Source: Bugula neritina
Lineage: Eukaryota > Animalia > Bryozoa
Direction: 5' to 3'
Assembly (NCBI GenBank): GCA_964035545.1
Contig: OZ037767.1
Coordinates: forward strand, 24,692,628 to 24,756,627
Length of the DNA: 64,000 nucleotides
The position numbers and the translations under genes are program-made. Positions 60,170-64,000 of the stretch are shown here, piece after piece. The notes under the pieces are model-generated. The model ran no database searches. It had not been told where the DNA came from and was given only the letters and a program-made list of their open reading frames with translations. Position 1 is the stretch's first letter, and each line of letters begins with the position of its first letter.

Positions 60170-63100
60170 CTATTGATGAATGTCAAAGTTTGCTGCTAGT
60201 CTAGATTTTGATTTTCTTGGCTTGTTTGAAAGGACTTTATTTTTAATAGTCTCATTTTTCTTGGTTACGGCACCTCCTGTACTGTTATCTAACACTGGAG
60301 AATTATCTATGTTAGTAGTTGAAGTTGCCTTCTCAACATTCACACTACTGCCATCTGTGTGGTTGCTCATGTCTAGTGCACCGGCAGATGACCCGGAATC
60401 AGTTCGCTCTCTCTCTTGCACATGATTACGAGTAACCTGTCCAGAATTATATTGTAATGCATAAATCAATATACTAAAAATATTGTTTCATTAAAAACTT
60501 ATCTGGCAGGCACAAATGCTTGAGCTATTATACATTTCGCAGTTTATACTATTTTAGTTGATTATGGGGCAATCACTAGTGCAGTCTGAAAAAAGATATC
60601 GGAACTATAATTGATACCCAGGACACAAAACTTTTCAAACATTTGCATATTTTTCACAATCTCTATCACCATATTGCTTTGTTAGTGTATAATGAAACCA
60701 TGAACATACCAAAATGAAAGACAGTTTTCTTTGAGCTAATTTTAAAGATTTTAGTACAAGCAAAATAAAATGTTACTTAATTGTGCTGTGCAAAACAAAA
60801 TAGAGAAGTATCAAAATACTCAACTTCACTGCTGTTGACTCAAATTCTCTTATTCACTGTATTATTGAATGACAACACAAGATCTATTGCTACCATTCTT
60901 AGAGACGTAAACTAATTATATCGATGAAACTGTTGAAAACCTATTCACAATCAACTTTTACCAAAACCGGTTAAGTTCAAGGTCAAAGCTAACTGAAAAA
61001 TACACATATAGATTACAGCATTAAGATTATCAGTTCGACCACTAATGTCAAAAATAAGGTAGACAGACTATAGTCACTATTGAGAGATTTAATCACTGAA
61101 CACAACTGAGTTTTTGAGCTCATATGCTGTACAGTAACTGATTCAAGACACAAACCTGTAGTGGGACGAAACTAGATGTTGCAGATTTAGAAGTGGAGAT
61201 CTGTTGTTGCTGCTGGTTTACTGGTGAAGAGCTCAACTGTGGAGTCTGTACTGGAGTAGCTAAACCTACATTCAACATAAAATTAGTCTGAACAACATTT
61301 TATCTGTCATTAGTAGAGATAATGAAAACAGAGTAGAGGTGACTAATACAAAGTAGAAGTGACTAATACAGAGTAGAGGTGATGAATAAAGAGTAAAGGT
61401 GACTAATACAGAGTAGAGGTGACTAATACAGAGTAGAGGTGATGAATAAAGAGTAAAGGTGACTAATACAGAGTAGAGGTGACTAATACAGAGTAGAGGT
61501 GATGAATAAAGAGTAAAGGTGACTAATACAGAGTAGAAGTGACTAATACAGAGTAGAGGTGATGAATCTAAAGGCATGTTATAACTTACGAGGTCCCATT
61601 AGCTGATGTTGATATAGTCTTGGATCTACACGACAACCCTTAAGAGCAATATCGGCTGCGGACTGTACAGCATGGATATGGGAACTGTTTGGCAGACCCT
61701 CAAATCTCAACTGCCCCACGATTACCATAGCAACATATACTGGCCCACTCGGCTGTAAAAGGTAAGAAGATGAAAATAGAGTCAGTCAACAAAGCTTTTC
61801 AAATTTTATGGGTAGCAATGGACAAAATAAACTCCATTCTTTGACAATCAATATCATAATACAAAAATAACCTGGAGCCAACAATGATTGGAAATTGATC
61901 ACACAGTTCATCAATAAAAAAGCAACATTATTACCTAAACAATCTTAATACGCAATATTTTTACTTACAGCAACGTTTTAGCTTATGACTGTACAGAAAA
62001 AAACCCCAAAACCCAACAAGGCATCAGAGTGCTAAATAAATTGCATCTCCCACAGCTGCAAATACCTGATGAGCAACGATTCTGGAATGGTAGTTGGGTA
62101 TTGGTATGCCAACTGAACTCGTCCATCTCTCCAAGACGACACTCGGTGGCACCGGGAAGTTCATCCTCATGCCCATTTGCTGAGGGTACCCTGGCATTTG
62201 CTGCGGGACTTGTGGCTGAGGTAGAATCTGCATACGAGGTGGAGGCTGCAGTAACAGAGGTTGTCCCAGTACCGAACTCGCCAAAGAGCCAGCAACAGGA
62301 AGTGACGATGCAACAGAGCCGGCAGCCATACTAGCTGGTGGGTGTAGTGCCTGACTATTAGCAAGGGCAGCTTTAGAATCCTGCTCAGACTTTTCATCCA
62401 GATGTGCGGTAATTGTCTGCCCAGTCACTGAGACATCCTAAGAGTTAGTGGGGTAGAAAGATGAAGTGCAACAGACAACATATTGAGGATATGTTTAACT
62501 AATAAAAACTAATGAAAACAAATATTGAAAATGTATTTATTTAGCTGCTTACTTATATTTCAACATTGGTAATTTTTGTAGTTTACTGGCCCATTATTGG
62601 TTAATTCTCAGTTTTGACATAAAATAGATAATCGGCAAACGCATCAAGCCTATTTAAAAAAAATGAATTTCAACAACGCATACGAATCAAAAATAAAGAG
62701 TAATAACACAAACCTGATCTAAAGTTATTCTAGCGATATTTTTGCATTCACAATAACTGTTAAGCATTTAATAGCCAGAGCTGGTTAACACACATATGTA
62801 AACTAAATTAAATGAAGTAGAATCTACTATCGTTTCTACCATTTGTGCTAAGCTAATTGAATGGATATTCAACTTTGATAAAACCCTGAATGATGGCAGA
62901 TAATCTACTCTACTCCGCCAAATGAGTGTTAGCACAATAATATGCTAGTACTACCTTTTCCAACACACCGCCATCTCCGGCTTTGAGCACGTCTCTTTCT
63001 CCTTGCGGCACAACAGGAAGTGGCGCCATATTCTTTTCCAATGCGGAAACCAGAGACTCAAAATTGAACCCTCCACTGGAATCGGTAGCAGTTAATTCTT

Positions 63101-63839
63101 TGGTGCTCTGCTATTAGCAACACTCAGATATACCAAATTATGCAGTTGAATTGTAAGAGATATAAATTCTTGTAGCTACAGTGCATCATACACATGTTTG
63201 TAAAAACACCTTCACACTACAAGCAACATCAAAGCATAGATGAGCGGTTGTGTTAATAAATAAAACTGGTTTCTTAAAAATTCTATTTCCAGAAATATTA
63301 ATCGTCATCATATTTTGTGATGAAGAGCAACACTGGTATAAACGACTGAAGTCTCAAGCAATTCTCTCATTGCTGCCACATAGAGTACAATATGACTGGT
63401 GTTGATTGATATGTTCTCCAGGGTGCTATAAACCATTGAATAACTCGCAACATCAACAGTTGCATTTAAAATATTAAATGCAACTGTTGATTGTAGTTTT
63501 GCTGATAGTATAAAAAAACATATTTTGCTCTTTAAACATACTAATCTTATTTCAAACTGAACTTTTGCAAAAACCATTCTGGACTATATTAATATAAATG
63601 GAGAGAATCGTCAGTATATCACAGAGCTAAACAATCTTATAAACATTTTCCACTATAAATAATTTGCAAACCTTAGTTTTGGAAGAGTCAGTATCGGAAG
63701 GAGATGTCTTCAACTGACCCGCTTTATATATTATCCTAGACGGCTTTGCAATTTTTGGTCTACGACTTGGATTAGAGTTTAAAGTTGTGCTCTCACCGCC
63801 TCCTTTTAATAGAGACTCTAAATCTATCTTATCTCCAGG
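60170..63839 (-). CDS. XRN1: 3' portion of a 5'-3' exoribonuclease 1-like gene (low-complexity C-terminal region; gene continues beyond the window)
   Basis: Exons 63672-63839, 62955-63107/63110, 62066-62437, 61590-61752, 61156-61265, 60170-60436, phase-consistent. dsRBD-like segment (LERWTSSVGIPIPNY...AVQSAADIALK), FVPLQVT motif and terminal KSRLAANF recall metazoan XRN1 C-termini; catalytic domain not in window. Confidence 0.7.
61328..61567. repeat. 20-bp subunits in a 60-bp higher-order repeat (x4)
   Basis: GAGTAGAGGTGACTAATACA variants with 60-bp periodicity filling an XRN1-like intron. Confidence 0.93.
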
Positions 63840-64000
63840 CTATAAAACATAAACAAGAAAATAAGTTAAAATAAGTTGAATATTTTTATGATAAAATTGG
63901 CATGTTAAAAAAAAACTTACCGGAAGAAAAACATATTCAAAAATTGCCACTTTCATACAAATGATTTTAAAAACTACAAGTAGTGTTGATGTCCAAACGA

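Noticed and set aside
63921-64000. Possible further XRN1-like exon (CCG|GTAAGT donor)
   Set aside because: Open frame is uninformative and truncated by the window edge; may be a repeat.

Overview
AT-rich, intron-dense animal (invertebrate, probably lophotrochozoan; inference) genomic DNA, not prokaryotic. Left to right: a possible 3' end of a + strand gene; an 11-exon - strand gene for a secreted, very basic protein with a C-terminal Cys-rich tandem module (almost invisible in the ORF track); a 15-exon - strand leucine-rich-repeat protein (~838 aa); a complete CEP290 orthologue (~49 coding exons, - strand); a probable bidirectional promoter; a complete, very young Ty3/gypsy LTR retrotransposon (50273-57206, - strand, 580-bp LTRs differing at one base, ACTAA target-site duplication, tRNA-Leu PBS, -1 frameshift between gag and pol) that appears to sit in the 5'UTR intron of a + strand CIB1-like gene; and the 3' part of a convergent XRN1-like gene. 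The most unusual signals are: (i) many intron-specific tandem arrays and duplications that start at, and often copy, splice sites (e.g. a 33-bp array making six stop-containing decoy acceptors in CEP290), (ii) a ~120-nt CpG-rich hairpin in the LTR with a degenerate hammerhead-like core, (iii) a triple RFX X-box minisatellite inside CEP290, and (iv) the orphan-looking secreted basic protein. Gene models were built by hand from splice sites and phase continuity; no database search was run.
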